The notes under the pieces are model-generated. The model made no database searches and was not told the DNA's origin. It saw only the letters and a list, made by a program, of their open reading frames with translations. Both the position numbers and the translations under genes were made by a program. A stretch of DNA of 62,928 bases, counting the filler. It is 4 parts of 4 records of this genome, joined end to end, with 100 filler letters (N's around TTAATTAATTAA, not from the genome) between each part and the next. Parts side by side here need not be neighbours in the genome. Positions count along the whole stretch, not along the records: positions 1 to 20,769 come from SRR20825006_475; 3 more parts are not named here. The stretch is one strand, 5' to 3'. Positions 10,101-20,769 of this stretch are shown in pieces (within the stretch, counting starts at the first letter, position 1; each line of letters begins with the position of its first letter).

Positions 10101-11446
10101 TCTCCTGCGACGGATTGTGCTGGGCCGGGTTGAATCACCTCACGTTTGCGCACCACAACGAGCGAGTAGATGAACAGGAGCGCCCCGATGACCACCGCAG
10201 CCCCCGCGCCAAAGCGCATCAGGTAGAAAAGCGACAGGCTGTCCTGAACATCCATGTAATTTTCGCCCAGCACACGCTGCATATGGGTCTGGATCGTCCC
10301 GGCAAAGGTCAGCACAAAGGTCATAAAGGTCATGCCGCCGGTCATCAGCCAGAAGGACGCCATGTTGAGCACCTGGTTATAGGGATCACGTCCGCGCAGC
10401 ATCGGCATGGCGTAGGTAAAGACGGCGAGATTAAGCGCGACATAAGCCCCGTAGAAGGCGAGGTGGCCATGGGCGGCGGTGATCTGGGTGCCGTGCGAGT
10501 AGAAGTTCACCCCATGCAGCGTGTGCAAAAATCCCCAAACGCCCGCACCAAAGAAAGCCACAGTGGAGGACCCGAGCGACCACAGAAGCGCGGCCTTGTT
10601 CGGGTGATTCTTGCGCCCTTTCCAGACCATGACGAAGGCGAAGGACATCATCAGAAAGAAGGGGATGACTTCGAAGGTGGAGAAGATCGACCCGATCCAC
10701 TGCCAATAGCCCGGCGTACCGATCCAGTAGAAATGGTGGCCTGTGCCAAGGATGCCGGAGAACAGCGCGGTGGCGACGATGACATAGAGCCATTTTTCGA
10801 CCACTTCGCGGTCTACACCAGTGAGCTTGAGCATCAGATAACCAAGGATCGCGGCCATGACCAGTTCCCAGGTCGCTTCGACCCAGAGGTGAACGACCAT
10901 CCACCAGTACATCTTGTCGAGGCTGAGGTTCTCGGGGTTGATGAAAGCGAAGACCCAGAGCAGGCACAACAACCACAGCCCCATCAAAAGTACGTTGGTG
11001 ATCGCGGTTTTGCGCCCGGCGAGAACCGTCATCGAGATGTTGAACAAGAAAATGACGGCTGCGACAAGAATGCCGAATTTCACCCACAAGGGCTGTTCGA
11101 GGAACTCGCGACCGCCGTGAATGCCGACAAGATAGGACCCAACCGCGCCCAGCGTGCCAACCATCAAAATGATCAATTGGAGATAGGCGAGTTTGACGGA
11201 GAACAGTTCGCGTTCCGACTCTTCGGGAACGAGGAAATAGGCCGCGCCGAAAAAGCCCAGCAACAGCCAGACGATCAGCGCGTTGGTGTGGATCATGCGG
11301 ATCACGTTGAAAGGCACGATCTCGGACAGGGTGTTGGGCGAAACGTAAATCCAGCCCGCCAAAAGCCCGCCCAGCACCTGAATGCCAAACAGCGCCATGG
11401 CGCAGTAGAAATAGGCTTTCGCCACAGATTGGGATTGGTATTTCAT
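10097..11446 (-). CDS. norB: Nitric oxide reductase large subunit (cNOR)
   Basis: RMIHTN, VVHLWVEATWE, GTGHHFYW and TAAHGHLAF heme/Fe ligand motifs. Confidence 0.98.
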   Translation of the reverse strand: MKYQSQSVAKAYFYCAMALFGIQVLGGLLAGWIYVSPNTLSEIVPFNVIRMIHTNALIVWLLLGFFGAAYFLVPEESERELFSVKLAYLQLIILMVGTLGAVGSYLVGIHGGREFLEQPLWVKFGILVAAVIFLFNISMTVLAGRKTAITNVLLMGLWLLCLLWVFAFINPENLSLDKMYWWMVVHLWVEATWELVMAAILGYLMLKLTGVDREVVEKWLYVIVATALFSGILGTGHHFYWIGTPGYWQWIGSIFSTFEVIPFFLMMSFAFVMVWKGRKNHPNKAALLWSLGSSTVAFFGAGVWGFLHTLHGVNFYSHGTQITAAHGHLAFYGAYVALNLAVFTYAMPMLRGRDPYNQVLNMASFWLMTGGMTFMTFVLTFAGTIQTHMQRVLGENYMDVQDSLSLFYLMRFGAGAAVVIGALLFIYSLVVVRKREVIQPGPAQSVAGE

Positions 11447-11458
11447 GGGTTATTCTCC

Positions 11459-11911
11459 TTAGCCCGCGTCATTCGGCGGCCAGCCTTGGGTGTCGGTTTG
11501 ATCGGCCCAGCGCAGGAACTCAGAGAGCGCGCGCATCTCTTCCTCGGTGATCTCGAAATGTGGCATCTGGCGGCGGCCTTCGATGCCCGAAGGCTGCGCC
11601 TGCATCCATCCGTCGAGGATTTCATAGGCGGTTTCCGGGTCATCGGCGACACCCCAGCGGGTCATCACATTGCCAATCTCAGGGGCGAAATAGGCGCCTT
11701 CGCCATGCAGCGTGTGGCAGTTGATGCAGGAATTTTTTTCCCAGACATGTTTGCCGAGCGCGACCTGTTCGGTCAGCGGCATCCCTGCGGTAGACGTTTT
11801 GACGATATGTCGGTGGCTCTGCGCGGTCAGCGCAATGAACACCACAACGAAGAAGATTGATCCTCCGTAAAAGATGTTTCGCGCCCGCGTTTTGGTCAGA
11901 ATTTCAGCCAT
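11459..11911 (-). CDS. norC: Nitric oxide reductase cytochrome c subunit
   Basis: ARNIFYGGS, heme motif CINCH, GRRQMP, GWPPN. Confidence 0.98.
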   Translation of the reverse strand: MAEILTKTRARNIFYGGSIFFVVVFIALTAQSHRHIVKTSTAGMPLTEQVALGKHVWEKNSCINCHTLHGEGAYFAPEIGNVMTRWGVADDPETAYEILDGWMQAQPSGIEGRRQMPHFEITEEEMRALSEFLRWADQTDTQGWPPNDAG

Positions 11912-11973
11912 GGTGGGCCTCTCTTTGGGTCACTTGATGACCAGAGAGGTAACCGTCCTGAAATGTGCGAAGT

Positions 11974-11987
11974 TTGCGCTGGCGCAA
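11974..11987. promoter_or_regulatory. NnrR-binding box between norC and the DUF1858 gene
   Basis: TTGCG-CTGG-CGCAA, a perfect TTGCG-N4-CGCAA palindrome 62 nt upstream of norC. Confidence 0.85.
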
Positions 11988-12035
11988 CGTTTCGATACAT
12001 TCAGCTCTTTAGATTGATCGGTGAAAGGACGCGCC

Positions 12036-12293
12036 ATGCCTCTGACATCCCCGCTCAATGCCGATCTGACCCTGAATGAGCTTATGGAAACATGGCCCGC
12101 GACGATTCAGGTTTTCTTACGCCACAAAATGCTCTGTGTTGGCTGTCTCGTCACACCCTTTCACACAGTTGAAGACGCCTGTGCAGAATACCATCTCGAT
12201 CAGCACGCCTTTGTCGCGGAATTGCATGAGGCGGTTATGTCGGCACCCCACCCCGGCACATCAACACAAGGCGGTGGGGATCGGTCACGGTGA
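12036..12293 (+). CDS. DUF1858-family small protein (CxxC)
   Basis: WPATIQVF...MLCVGC...TVEDAC pattern; AAGGA RBS before ATG 12036. Confidence 0.8.
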   Translation: MPLTSPLNADLTLNELMETWPATIQVFLRHKMLCVGCLVTPFHTVEDACAEYHLDQHAFVAELHEAVMSAPHPGTSTQGGGDRSR

Positions 12294-12957
12294 TCCGCTT
12301 GCGGCGACTTGACACCAACCCCTGTTTTTCCCAGGCACTCAACAAACGCGATACTGTATGTAATGTGGTGGCAGTCATTTCCGAGAGGTCCTGACGGGTG
12401 ATCGGAAAGTCGATCTCGATGCCGCCTTCAACCTTGCGACCAGTCTGGTTGATCAACCGCAAAAGCGCATTGGCAACACGTTGCTCGACCTGTTGCGTCG
12501 CCATCTCAACAATGCGGTTGTTCATTTCGCCAAGGCGCTGTCCCAGCGTCTTGTAAGTCTCGGTGGCGAAACCGTCGTAACGCGCAACGAAATCGTCCCA
12601 AACCCGCATGGGCCAACTCAAGATGATCGCTTCAGACGCCGTCACAGAGGTCGCTGGATAGGTGTCACGTCCAATCGCTTTGGCGATGCCAAACAATTGG
12701 CCGGACGGAATGTGGAGAGCGATGACCTGCTCTCCGGTCGCGGTGATCCGCATCACCCGAATATAGCCGTCCAGCAACATATAGAAACGCTCCGCCGGGG
12801 CACCTTCTTCAAAGACCGCAACGCCCTCGCCGAGGCGGCGGACGCTTGCCATGTCCAGAATCTCACGAATCTGCCGCTTTTCCAACTTTGAGAAGGGCGG
12901 CACATGACTGAGCAGGCTTTCATCAAGGCGCGGCAATGTTTTGGCTGTGTCAGACAT
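12235..12957 (-). CDS. nnrR: Crp/Fnr-family NO-responsive regulator NnrR
   Basis: cNMP-binding domain plus HTH ITRQDLSEMTATTLHTVSRLLSAWE; lies between nor and nirK. Confidence 0.93.
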   Translation of the reverse strand: MSDTAKTLPRLDESLLSHVPPFSKLEKRQIREILDMASVRRLGEGVAVFEEGAPAERFYMLLDGYIRVMRITATGEQVIALHIPSGQLFGIAKAIGRDTYPATSVTASEAIILSWPMRVWDDFVARYDGFATETYKTLGQRLGEMNNRIVEMATQQVEQRVANALLRLINQTGRKVEGGIEIDFPITRQDLSEMTATTLHTVSRLLSAWEKQGLVSSRRKRITVTDPHRLVLMCRGGVPT

Positions 12958-13027
12958 TGTTCTTTCTAAACACGTTAGAGCGCGGCGTCCAATAGATGCG
13001 TATCGCCCGAGAGAAACGATGAGAAGT

Positions 13028-13041
13028 TTGTGCCACCGCAA
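13028..13041. promoter_or_regulatory. NnrR-binding box upstream of pseudoazurin-nirK and divergent nnrR
   Basis: TTGTG-CCAC-CGCAA inside the longer palindrome AAGTTTG...CAAACTT. Confidence 0.8.
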
Positions 13042-13102
13042 ACTTCGTCTTGGAGGCGGGTCTATAAATAAGCCGAAAACAAATCAACCGAAAGGAAAGA
13101 CA

Positions 13103-13531
13103 ATGTTTCGTTCCCTGATTTCTGGACTGGCTCTCGCCGCGTTGCTCGGCGGTGCCGCCAGTGCGGAGGTGTTCGAGGTGCATATGCTCAACAAGAGCGA
13201 CAATGGCACAATGGTTTTCGAACCCGACCTCGTGCAGATCGCGCCCGGTGATACCGTCAAATTCATTCCGACGGACAAAGCCCATAACGCCGAAAGCGTC
13301 GATGGTATGATCCCTGCCGGAGCCGAGGCCTTCAAAGGTAAGATCAACCAGGAACTCGACGTGACCTTCGATGCCGAAGGTGTCTATGCCGTCAAATGCA
13401 ATCCGCATTTCGCAATGGGCATGGTGATGACGATCAAAGTCGGCGATGCCGCCGCCCCAGATGATTTCCTTGCCGGGCGTTTGCCGAAAAAGGCCAAGGA
13501 ACGCTTTGAGACACAACTCGGCAAACTCTGA
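13103..13531 (+). CDS. paz: Pseudoazurin
   Basis: Signal peptide, VHMLN, MVFEP, type-1 Cu ligands HN...CNPHFAMGM; AAGGA RBS. Confidence 0.93.
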   Translation: MFRSLISGLALAALLGGAASAEVFEVHMLNKSDNGTMVFEPDLVQIAPGDTVKFIPTDKAHNAESVDGMIPAGAEAFKGKINQELDVTFDAEGVYAVKCNPHFAMGMVMTIKVGDAAAPDDFLAGRLPKKAKERFETQLGKL

Positions 13532-13601
13532 ACAGTGCCGTGAACAAAATTAAGACCCAACGCACAAGACACAACAATCCATAAAAATCTTGGAGGGTCT
13601 C

Positions 13602-14822
13602 ATGACCACTTATATCAACCCCGGCCTCGTGAAAACCAATCGTCGCAATGTGCTGCGCGGCTCTCTTCTTGCCGGTGCCGCGGCCGCTGTTGGCGGTGCC
13701 GCACTGGCGACACCGGTGCGCAAATCCGCGCCTCTGGCCGCCCCACGCGCCGCCGCGCCTCGGTTCATTCAGGCCGAAGCTCAGGCTCAGGCCGTCGCGC
13801 CGAAAGTGGACCTGTCGGGCTACACCCGCGTGAAACAAGACCTTGTCGCGCCGCCCTTTGCCCCGGTCCACGAACAGGTGGCAACCGGCGGCCCCAAAAT
13901 CGTCGAAATCACCATGGATACAAAAGAGGTACTGTTGACGGTGGATGAGGACACGGGTGCCGAAATTTGGGCGCTCACCTACAACGGTTCCGTCCCCGGT
14001 CCGCTGGTCATCGTGCATGAGGGTGATTATGTCGAACTGACCCTGCGCAACCCCGTGGATTCGATGATGGAACATAACATCGACTTTCACGCCTCCACAG
14101 GCGCCTTGGGCGGCGGCGGGCTGACCCATGTCTTCCCCGGCGAGGAAACCGTGTTGCGTTGGAAAGCCACTAAACCGGGCGTGTTCACCTATCACTGCGC
14201 ACCGGGCGGGGCGATGATCCCCTATCACGTCACCCATGGGATGAACGGTGCGGTGATGGTGTTGCCGCGAGATGGGTTGAAAGACCGCGATGGCAACGCG
14301 CTCACATACGACCGCATCGCCTATATCGGCGAACAGGATTTCTACCTGCCACTCGACGAAAATGGCGCGTACAAAACATATGAGACGGCTGGCGAAGACT
14401 ACGCCGACAGCATTGATGCCATGCGCACACTCACCCCGACCCATTCCGTGTTTAATGGCTCTGTCGGCGCGCTGACAGGTGAGAACGCACTGAAGGCCAA
14501 GGTCGGTGAAACGGTCTTGATGATCCACAATCAGGCCAACCGCGACACCCGTCCACACCTCATTGGCGGCCATGGCAACTATGTCTGGGAAGCCGGATCC
14601 TTCTCTGACGCCCCGCAAACAGGTCTCGAAAGCTGGTTCATCCGGGGCGGCTCAGCCGGAGCCGCGCTCTATACGTTCGAACAGCCGGGGGTTTACGCCT
14701 ATGTGAACCACAACCTCATCGAGGCGGCTCTTCTTGGTGCCACCGCGCATTTCGTCGTCGAAGGCGAATGGAACAACGCCCTGATGGAACAAGTCGTCGC
14801 TCCGAAGAGTATTGAAACTTAA
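13602..14822 (+). CDS. nirK: Copper-containing nitrite reductase
   Basis: Tat signal NRRNVL, HNIDFH, YHCAP...[22 protein letters not shown]. Confidence 0.97.
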   Translation: MTTYINPGLVKTNRRNVLRGSLLAGAAAAVGGAALATPVRKSAPLAAPRAAAPRFIQAEAQAQAVAPKVDLSGYTRVKQDLVAPPFAPVHEQVATGGPKIVEITMDTKEVLLTVDEDTGAEIWALTYNGSVPGPLVIVHEGDYVELTLRNPVDSMMEHNIDFHASTGALGGGGLTHVFPGEETVLRWKATKPGVFTYHCAPGGAMIPYHVTHGMNGAVMVLPRDGLKDRDGNALTYDRIAYIGEQDFYLPLDENGAYKTYETAGEDYADSIDAMRTLTPTHSVFNGSVGALTGENALKAKVGETVLMIHNQANRDTRPHLIGGHGNYVWEAGSFSDAPQTGLESWFIRGGSAGAALYTFEQPGVYAYVNHNLIEAALLGATAHFVVEGEWNNALMEQVVAPKSIET

Positions 14823-14836
14823 GGGGGACCAAACCT

Positions 14837-15598
14837 ATGACCGTTTCCGTATCTCATGTGATCTTTTCGTCCCTTCTGAAGATCGTGGCAGGTATGGCAA
14901 CGGTCACGCTCGTCGGGGGCGCGTGGTGGATGCTGCGCGGCCCCGACTTGTCCTATGTGCCCGAGATGGCCGAACATGCGGTCGTGCTGTCCGACGATCA
15001 CAAGATTTTCGTTCAGAAATTCGAAGTGACTGTGGCCGAATGGAACCAGTGTCACGCCGATGGCGCCTGTGATCTGGAACTGCGCGCCCCTGCACACGAA
15101 GACCCCGCGTTCCTTCCGGCCACCGGGCTGAATTTCGTAGACGTCAACCAGTACCTGGACTGGATCAACCGCCATTCGCGTCATCCCTTCAGACTGCCGA
15201 CGGCAGAGGAATGGGATTTCATGGCCAAAGATGTTTTGCCCGAGGAACCAGATCCGATTTTCACAGATCCCGCATTGAGCTGGGCTTCCAGCTATCTGAT
15301 CGAGGGCCTCGCGCCGCGGCGTCTGGTGCGACAAGGCAGTTTTTCCGTCAGCCCCGAGGGCATTGTCGATCTTGATGGCTCCGTGTGGGAATGGACCGAA
15401 GATTGTTTTGCCGGTGACGGTGGAGGCTCCATCGACCGCGATCGTTGCCCGGCCTTTTTTGCCGGCGGCGAACATGTTGCCGCGATCCCGTTTCTGGTCC
15501 GCGACCCGGCCCGCGGCGGCTGCGCTGTCGGCAGCCCGCCTGCCCATCTCGGACTGCGATTGGTGACAAACAAGAAAATAAAGGGCGGTCGTGTGTGA
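14837..15598 (+). CDS. nirV: NirV (FGE-sulfatase domain) protein
   Basis: FEVTVAEW, RLPTAEEW, GSVWEW, GGCAVGSPP; directly after nirK. Confidence 0.85.
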   Translation: MTVSVSHVIFSSLLKIVAGMATVTLVGGAWWMLRGPDLSYVPEMAEHAVVLSDDHKIFVQKFEVTVAEWNQCHADGACDLELRAPAHEDPAFLPATGLNFVDVNQYLDWINRHSRHPFRLPTAEEWDFMAKDVLPEEPDPIFTDPALSWASSYLIEGLAPRRLVRQGSFSVSPEGIVDLDGSVWEWTEDCFAGDGGGSIDRDRCPAFFAGGEHVAAIPFLVRDPARGGCAVGSPPAHLGLRLVTNKKIKGGRV

Positions 15599-16147
15599 CG
15601 CGGTAAGAAATAGGTCCGGTTGACCGACAAACGGCTTACCATACGCGTTGATCTACGCCAAAAGGCGGCTTCTGGTTTCAACGAGTTGCGCAATCCGAAG
15701 TCAATGCTCTGATAAGGCGTATTCAGGCGTATCTCGCGTTACCCCCGATCAGGATGCATTCCTACTCAGGCGACCTAAAAAGCGTCGTCACGACCGCGAC
15801 CAGCGTGTTCACAATACCGGGGCTGCGGTTGACAGCTCCGCTATGTCCTTCCAAGGTCAAACCACCGCGCAGGCCGTCGAGACGTTTGCCTTTGCCTTTC
15901 CCCTTCCTCTCGGTCCAATATTCCCAAAGCTGTTTTCGATGAAACGTGAAACCAACGCCCCGATGCTACCGTTGTTGCCAACGATTTCGAAGAGTTGACC
16001 AAACAATTGACCGTTTTGCGTGAAGACATTGCCGAAGGGTTTGATGACGCACAAAATATGTCGAACGCACAGGTCACAACACAAATGAGTAAGCATTTTT
16101 ACGGGACTGCACTATCATGACGCCACAAAGATCGATAAGGAATCCAG

Positions 16148-17098
16148 ATGCCCGATGATCCCTACAAAGTGTTAGGTCTCACCAAGTCGGCAACCGCAGA
16201 TGAGATCAAAAAAGCCTATCGCAAACTGGTGCGCACCAGCCACCCTGATCTGCACCCGGATGATCCCGCTGCGGAAGATCGGTTTAAAGCGATTGGGGCG
16301 GCTTATGATCTTTTGAAAAAGCCCGAAACCCGTGCCCGCTATGATGCGGGCGAGATTGATGCACAGGGGGCGGAGCGGCCCCCGCGCCAATATTACCGCG
16401 ATTTTGCGGACACCTCCGACAATGCCTATCGGCAACGCAGCGGCTTTGGTGCGGACATCGACCCGGCCGATATTTTCGCCGAAATATTGCGCAACCGTGC
16501 ACGGCAATCCGGCGGCGGCGGGTTTGGCGCTCAAAGGGCATCTGTGCGTGGCGCTGACCTGCGGTATAGTCTTGAGGTGCCATTCCTGGAGGCCGTGCTG
16601 GGCACCAAAACGAGGATCACCCTGCCGGACGGTCAGGCCCTTTCGGTGAGTATTCCCAAAGGCACGGCGGATGGCCAAACCCTACGTCTGCGCGGGAAAG
16701 GCGCGCCCGGATTTGGGCAAGGCCCCGCCGGAGATGCGTTGATCACCGTGTCCGTGCGCCCGCATCCGGTGTTTCACCGTGACGGAGATGACATCCTTCT
16801 GACGCTGCCGATCACCATTGAAGAGGCCATTTTGGGCGACAAAGTCAGCGCGCCGACGATCCACGGACCCGTGGATTTGACCATCCCTCCCGGTAGCAGT
16901 TCGGGGCGCATTCTGCGGCTGAGAGGCCGTGGCGTTGACCGCGCCGGGGCCAAAGAAAAAGGCGATCAAAAGGTCGAGCTTAAAATCGTCGTCCCGCCCG
17001 AGGTCGATGCCGATTTGCGGGACTTTCTGGCGGCACGGCGCGGCGAAAACACCTTTGATCCTCGGATTGATCTGATGAAGGGGGCCACTCATGATTGA
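16148..17098 (+). CDS. cbpA: DnaJ class II chaperone (CbpA-like)
   Basis: J domain (DPYKVLG, HPD), no zinc finger, DnaJ C-terminal repeats LRLRGKG. Confidence 0.85.
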   Translation: MPDDPYKVLGLTKSATADEIKKAYRKLVRTSHPDLHPDDPAAEDRFKAIGAAYDLLKKPETRARYDAGEIDAQGAERPPRQYYRDFADTSDNAYRQRSGFGADIDPADIFAEILRNRARQSGGGGFGAQRASVRGADLRYSLEVPFLEAVLGTKTRITLPDGQALSVSIPKGTADGQTLRLRGKGAPGFGQGPAGDALITVSVRPHPVFHRDGDDILLTLPITIEEAILGDKVSAPTIHGPVDLTIPPGSSSGRILRLRGRGVDRAGAKEKGDQKVELKIVVPPEVDADLRDFLAARRGENTFDPRIDLMKGATHD

Positions 17099-17420
17099 AC
17101 ATTTTTCTGAAGAGGAGGTGATCACCACAATCACCCGATTGAGCCGGGACCAACTTGTCCGCTTCATCGAGGCCGAGTTTGTGCGACCGGATCGCAGTGA
17201 GACGGGCTATGTGTTTCGGCGCATCGACATCGCCCGGTTGGAATTGCTGTGCGATCTGTCGTTTGATTTGGATCTGGATGAGACGGCTCTGGGCGTGGTG
17301 ATTTCGCTGATTGATCAACTCCATACCGCTCACCAAGAACGCCTTGCCATTGAACGCGCCATTCAGGCGCTGCCGGCGGATGTACATGCGCGGATTTTGG
17401 AGAGCTTGAACGCGTCATAA
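17091..17420 (+). CDS. CbpM-like chaperone modulator
   Basis: MerR-like pattern DIARLELLCDL..DLDLDE..L.VVISLIDQL; overlaps the end of cbpA. Confidence 0.75.
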   Translation: MIEHFSEEEVITTITRLSRDQLVRFIEAEFVRPDRSETGYVFRRIDIARLELLCDLSFDLDLDETALGVVISLIDQLHTAHQERLAIERAIQALPADVHARILESLNAS

Positions 17421-17425
17421 GGCCC

Positions 17426-18274
17426 TTACAGAAGAATTTGCGGCTCCCGTAGGCCTTTCACACCCGCGTCACAGGCGTAAACCACCCCTTGCGCCGCATC
17501 CGGCGTCGGGATGTCTTCGCGCGCGGTGGTCACAAACAGCGTGGTCAAATCCGCGCCGCCAAAGGCCGGACAGGAGCTATGCACCCCACCAACCGATATG
17601 GCGCGATCAAACGAGCCATCCGGTAAATACCGCGCCACGCGGCCCGCGCCCCATTGCGCATTCCAAATCCCGCCCGCGGCATCCACCACCGCGCCATCGG
17701 GGTTCAATCCCGCGGCGCGCAGGTCAAGAAACACCTCAGATGCGCCTATGGGCCAGCCTGAGGCATCGAGCGCCTGACGGTTGATCTGTCCGGTCTTGGT
17801 ACAGGCGAAATAGGCGATGCGCCCATCGGGAGCGAAACAGATGGCATTGGGGATGGTCAGCCCGTCAAACAACCGCACAGTCTCGCCTTTGTAATAGCGA
17901 TAAATCGCCCCCAGACCAGGCTCGGCGCGCTTGCCCATAGTGCCAATCCAAAACCCGCCCTGCCGATCGGCGCGGCCATCGTTCGATCGCATTTCGGAAC
18001 GATCCGCCTCCAAAGGCGCAACCAAATCGCGCCGTCCGGTTTCAATATCAAACCGCCAAAGACCCGTCTCGGAGGCCAACAAAAGCGTATCGTGATCGAC
18101 CAAACCCGCCGCCGAATGATGCTCGTCAAACTGCCACATCCGCGTGGTCTCGCCCTGACGTGACAACAGGCGGCATTCTATGATGTCGAACCAAAAAAGC
18201 TCTTGGCGCAGCGGGTGCCACAGTGGCCCTTCGCCCAAAACACAAGGGCGGGGATCAAAAACCTGCGTGCTCAT
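17426..18274 (-). CDS. SMP-30/gluconolactonase-family lactonase
   Basis: LGEGPLW, RSNDG, PNAICF, PDGAVVD motifs. Confidence 0.92.
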   Translation of the reverse strand: MSTQVFDPRPCVLGEGPLWHPLRQELFWFDIIECRLLSRQGETTRMWQFDEHHSAAGLVDHDTLLLASETGLWRFDIETGRRDLVAPLEADRSEMRSNDGRADRQGGFWIGTMGKRAEPGLGAIYRYYKGETVRLFDGLTIPNAICFAPDGRIAYFACTKTGQINRQALDASGWPIGASEVFLDLRAAGLNPDGAVVDAAGGIWNAQWGAGRVARYLPDGSFDRAISVGGVHSSCPAFGGADLTTLFVTTAREDIPTPDAAQGVVYACDAGVKGLREPQILL

Positions 18275-18879
18275 GGCCTGAACACCGCGTCATAGGCGGT
18301 GACAATGCTGCGCGCCTTACCACGGACCGCATCGACACTGTCGCCCGGTTTGTAAATCGCGGACCCGATGCCAAAGCCATCGACACGGGCCGCCGCCCAT
18401 TCGGCAAAATTGTCCGGCCCAGCCCCACCGACGCAGAGCACTTCGGTGCCTGTGGGCAAGACGGCGCGGATCGCTTTGAGACCCTCAGGCCCCAAAAGCG
18501 CGCCCGGGAAAAGTTTCAATCCATCCGCTCCGGCTTTGAGTGCCGCAAAGCATTCGGATGGGGTCATCACGCCGGGATAGGACAACATCCCGGCGGCTTT
18601 CGTCGCTTGGATCACCTCGGGGTCCATGTTGGGCGACACGACAAGTTGCGCACCGATGGTTTTGAGCTGTGCCACTTGCGCGGTCTCAAGCACGGTCCCC
18701 GCGCCGATCACCGCCCGCGTGCCGCAGAGTTTGACCATGGCGGCAATCGAGACGAACGGGTCCGGCGAATTGAGCGGCACTTCGATCTTGGTGATGCCCT
18801 CAGCGATCAGAGCCACGGCGATGGGCACCGCCTCATCGGGGGTAATGCCGCGCAAAATGGCGATGATGTTGCGTGTCAT
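18271..18879 (-). CDS. dgoA: 2-dehydro-3-deoxy-6-phosphogalactonate aldolase
   Basis: [25 protein letters not shown]; adjacent to dgoK. Confidence 0.9.
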   Translation of the reverse strand: MTRNIIAILRGITPDEAVPIAVALIAEGITKIEVPLNSPDPFVSIAAMVKLCGTRAVIGAGTVLETAQVAQLKTIGAQLVVSPNMDPEVIQATKAAGMLSYPGVMTPSECFAALKAGADGLKLFPGALLGPEGLKAIRAVLPTGTEVLCVGGAGPDNFAEWAAARVDGFGIGSAIYKPGDSVDAVRGKARSIVTAYDAVFRP

Positions 18880-18888
18880 GGGGTGTCC

Positions 18889-19812
18889 TTAAAGCTCAAA
18901 CATATGCGGGTAAGCGGCGCGCAATCCGCGCAGGGCAAGATCGCGCCCGTCCTCAATCTGGGGCACAACACCAACCTCGGCAAGGGCGCACGCGTAAAGC
19001 GCGGTCAAGGACCCGGCGCCGATCAACGCGACCTTTTTCCCGTTCCAAAAATCGCGGGTCGCGGCCAGTTCGATGCCAATCAAAAGCCCGGACAGCCGTG
19101 CGCGCAGCGTCGTGGGGGGCGTGGCATTCACAAGGCTCTCGGCGCGCAGAGCAAACAGCGTGGCAAAGGCAGTCCCCCCTGCGTCCAAAGCGTGGCGCAC
19201 GCCGTGAATAAACGCGGCTTCATCGAGCGTATCCCCGGCAATGTCGCGGCCAACACTGTGCCGCAACACGGAGTGTTCGGACAACAGCGCAAACATCTCT
19301 CCCGTCATCACCGTGCGAAAGCGGCTCACAGTTCCCTGCGCCAATGACACCCATTTGCTATGGGTGCCGGGCAGGCAGAGGGTGCCGTCAAATTCGGGAT
19401 GAAGGGCCGCGAACCCGGCGATTTGGGTCTCTTCGCCACGCATCACATCCGCAGGGGTGGCTTGGGACAGGCCGGGAAGGATACGCACAGTGATCAAGGG
19501 CGATGTGACCAAAGGGGTGACGCCCCCGGCCCCGAGCGCGCTCAAGGTGACCGGGACCGACACATACTGCGCCTCGGCCCAGCCTTGCCGCGCCCCCGCC
19601 ATGCCACAGATCAGCACAGGGGTCACACGCGCAGGGTCAAGCAGCCCGTCGCAAAGGCCCAAGAGTACCGGCTCAAACTGGTCCGGCGTCAACCGCCCCA
19701 TGCCTTGATCCGAACTCCGCTCGATCCTCACCTGACCTTGGGCGTCTATCGCCCAAAGCCTCAGGTTCGAGGTGCCCCAATCGACGGCAATCCAGTCTGC
19801 AAATGGCCTCAC
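18889..19812 (-). CDS. dgoK: 2-dehydro-3-deoxygalactonokinase
   Basis: DWGTSNLR, DVMRGEETQ, PGTHSKW, MTGE motifs. Confidence 0.93.
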   Translation of the reverse strand: MRPFADWIAVDWGTSNLRLWAIDAQGQVRIERSSDQGMGRLTPDQFEPVLLGLCDGLLDPARVTPVLICGMAGARQGWAEAQYVSVPVTLSALGAGGVTPLVTSPLITVRILPGLSQATPADVMRGEETQIAGFAALHPEFDGTLCLPGTHSKWVSLAQGTVSRFRTVMTGEMFALLSEHSVLRHSVGRDIAGDTLDEAAFIHGVRHALDAGGTAFATLFALRAESLVNATPPTTLRARLSGLLIGIELAATRDFWNGKKVALIGAGSLTALYACALAEVGVVPQIEDGRDLALRGLRAAYPHMFEL

Positions 19813-20769
19813 CCGATCAAATCTCCCGGCAAGACGGCCTCTGGGATGTTTTGGTAGCTGACTGGACGTAGGAAGCGGCGGATCGCCAGGGTGCCGACAG
19901 AGGTTGCGCCAAAATTGGTCGAAGCCGGATAAGGCCCGCCATGCACCATCGCGTCACAGACTTCGACCCCGGTTGGAAAGCCATTGGCAAGGATGCGCCC
20001 GGCTTTGCGTTCGAGGATCGGCAGGAGGCTCTGTGCCAAGTCGGCGTCATCCGCATCCATGTGCAGCGTGCAGGTCAACTGACCCTGTAGCGATTTGGCC
20101 ACCGCACGCATTTCCTCCACATCCGTCACCCGAACAATCAACCCGAGCGGCCCAAACACCTCTTCGCCCAAAGCCTCATTGGTCAGCCATTCGGCTCCGG
20201 TTGTGGCAAAGAGATAGGGGGTGGCGTTGCGCAGGTCGCAGGTTGAGGTCAACACTTCTTGGACACCGCTTGTGGCGGCGATTTTGTCACGGCCAGCGCG
20301 GTAGGCTGTGGCGATGCCATCGGTGAGCATGACTTGCGCGCCGGTGGCAGACAGGGCTTTGACCGCGGCGTTCATGTATGTGTCGGCGTCAGGGCCGTCG
20401 ATGACGACGGAAATCCCCGGATTGGTGCAAAACTGCCCGGCACCCATGGTCAGCGATCCGGCCCAGCCTGTGCCAATATCTGCCGCGCGTGCGGACATCG
20501 CAGCGGGCAAAAGGAACATCGGATTGACCGAGCCCAATTCGCCAAAGAACGGGATCGGTTCTGGACGTTGGGCGCAGAGATCAAACAAGGCCCGGCCGCC
20601 ACCCAAGGAGCCGGTAAAGCCCACGGCGCGGACAAGGGGATGCTGCACAAGCGCCACCCCGACATCGCGCGAACCGCCTTGCACCAGCGAGAACACACCG
20701 GGATGCACACCGCATGTTTGGATCGCGGCATGGATCGCCTCGGCGATGATTTCGCCGGTGCCGGGATGG
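19809..20769 (-). CDS. NADP-dependent aldehyde dehydrogenase (KGSADH-like), 5' part lost at the gap
   Basis: VGFTGS, GELGSVNP, GQFCTNPG, EEVFGP, HGGPYPA motifs. Confidence 0.88.

Noticed and set aside
7007-11860. Long plus-strand ORFs (7007-8677, 9195-10079, 10040-11860)
   Set aside because: Antisense shadows of norD, norQ and norB/norC in GC-rich DNA, with no motifs.
12941-13102. N-terminal extensions of nnrR and pseudoazurin in the ORF track
   Set aside because: They run across the NnrR box and each other; the pseudoazurin RBS/signal peptide and NnrR domain boundaries support starts at 13103 and 12957.
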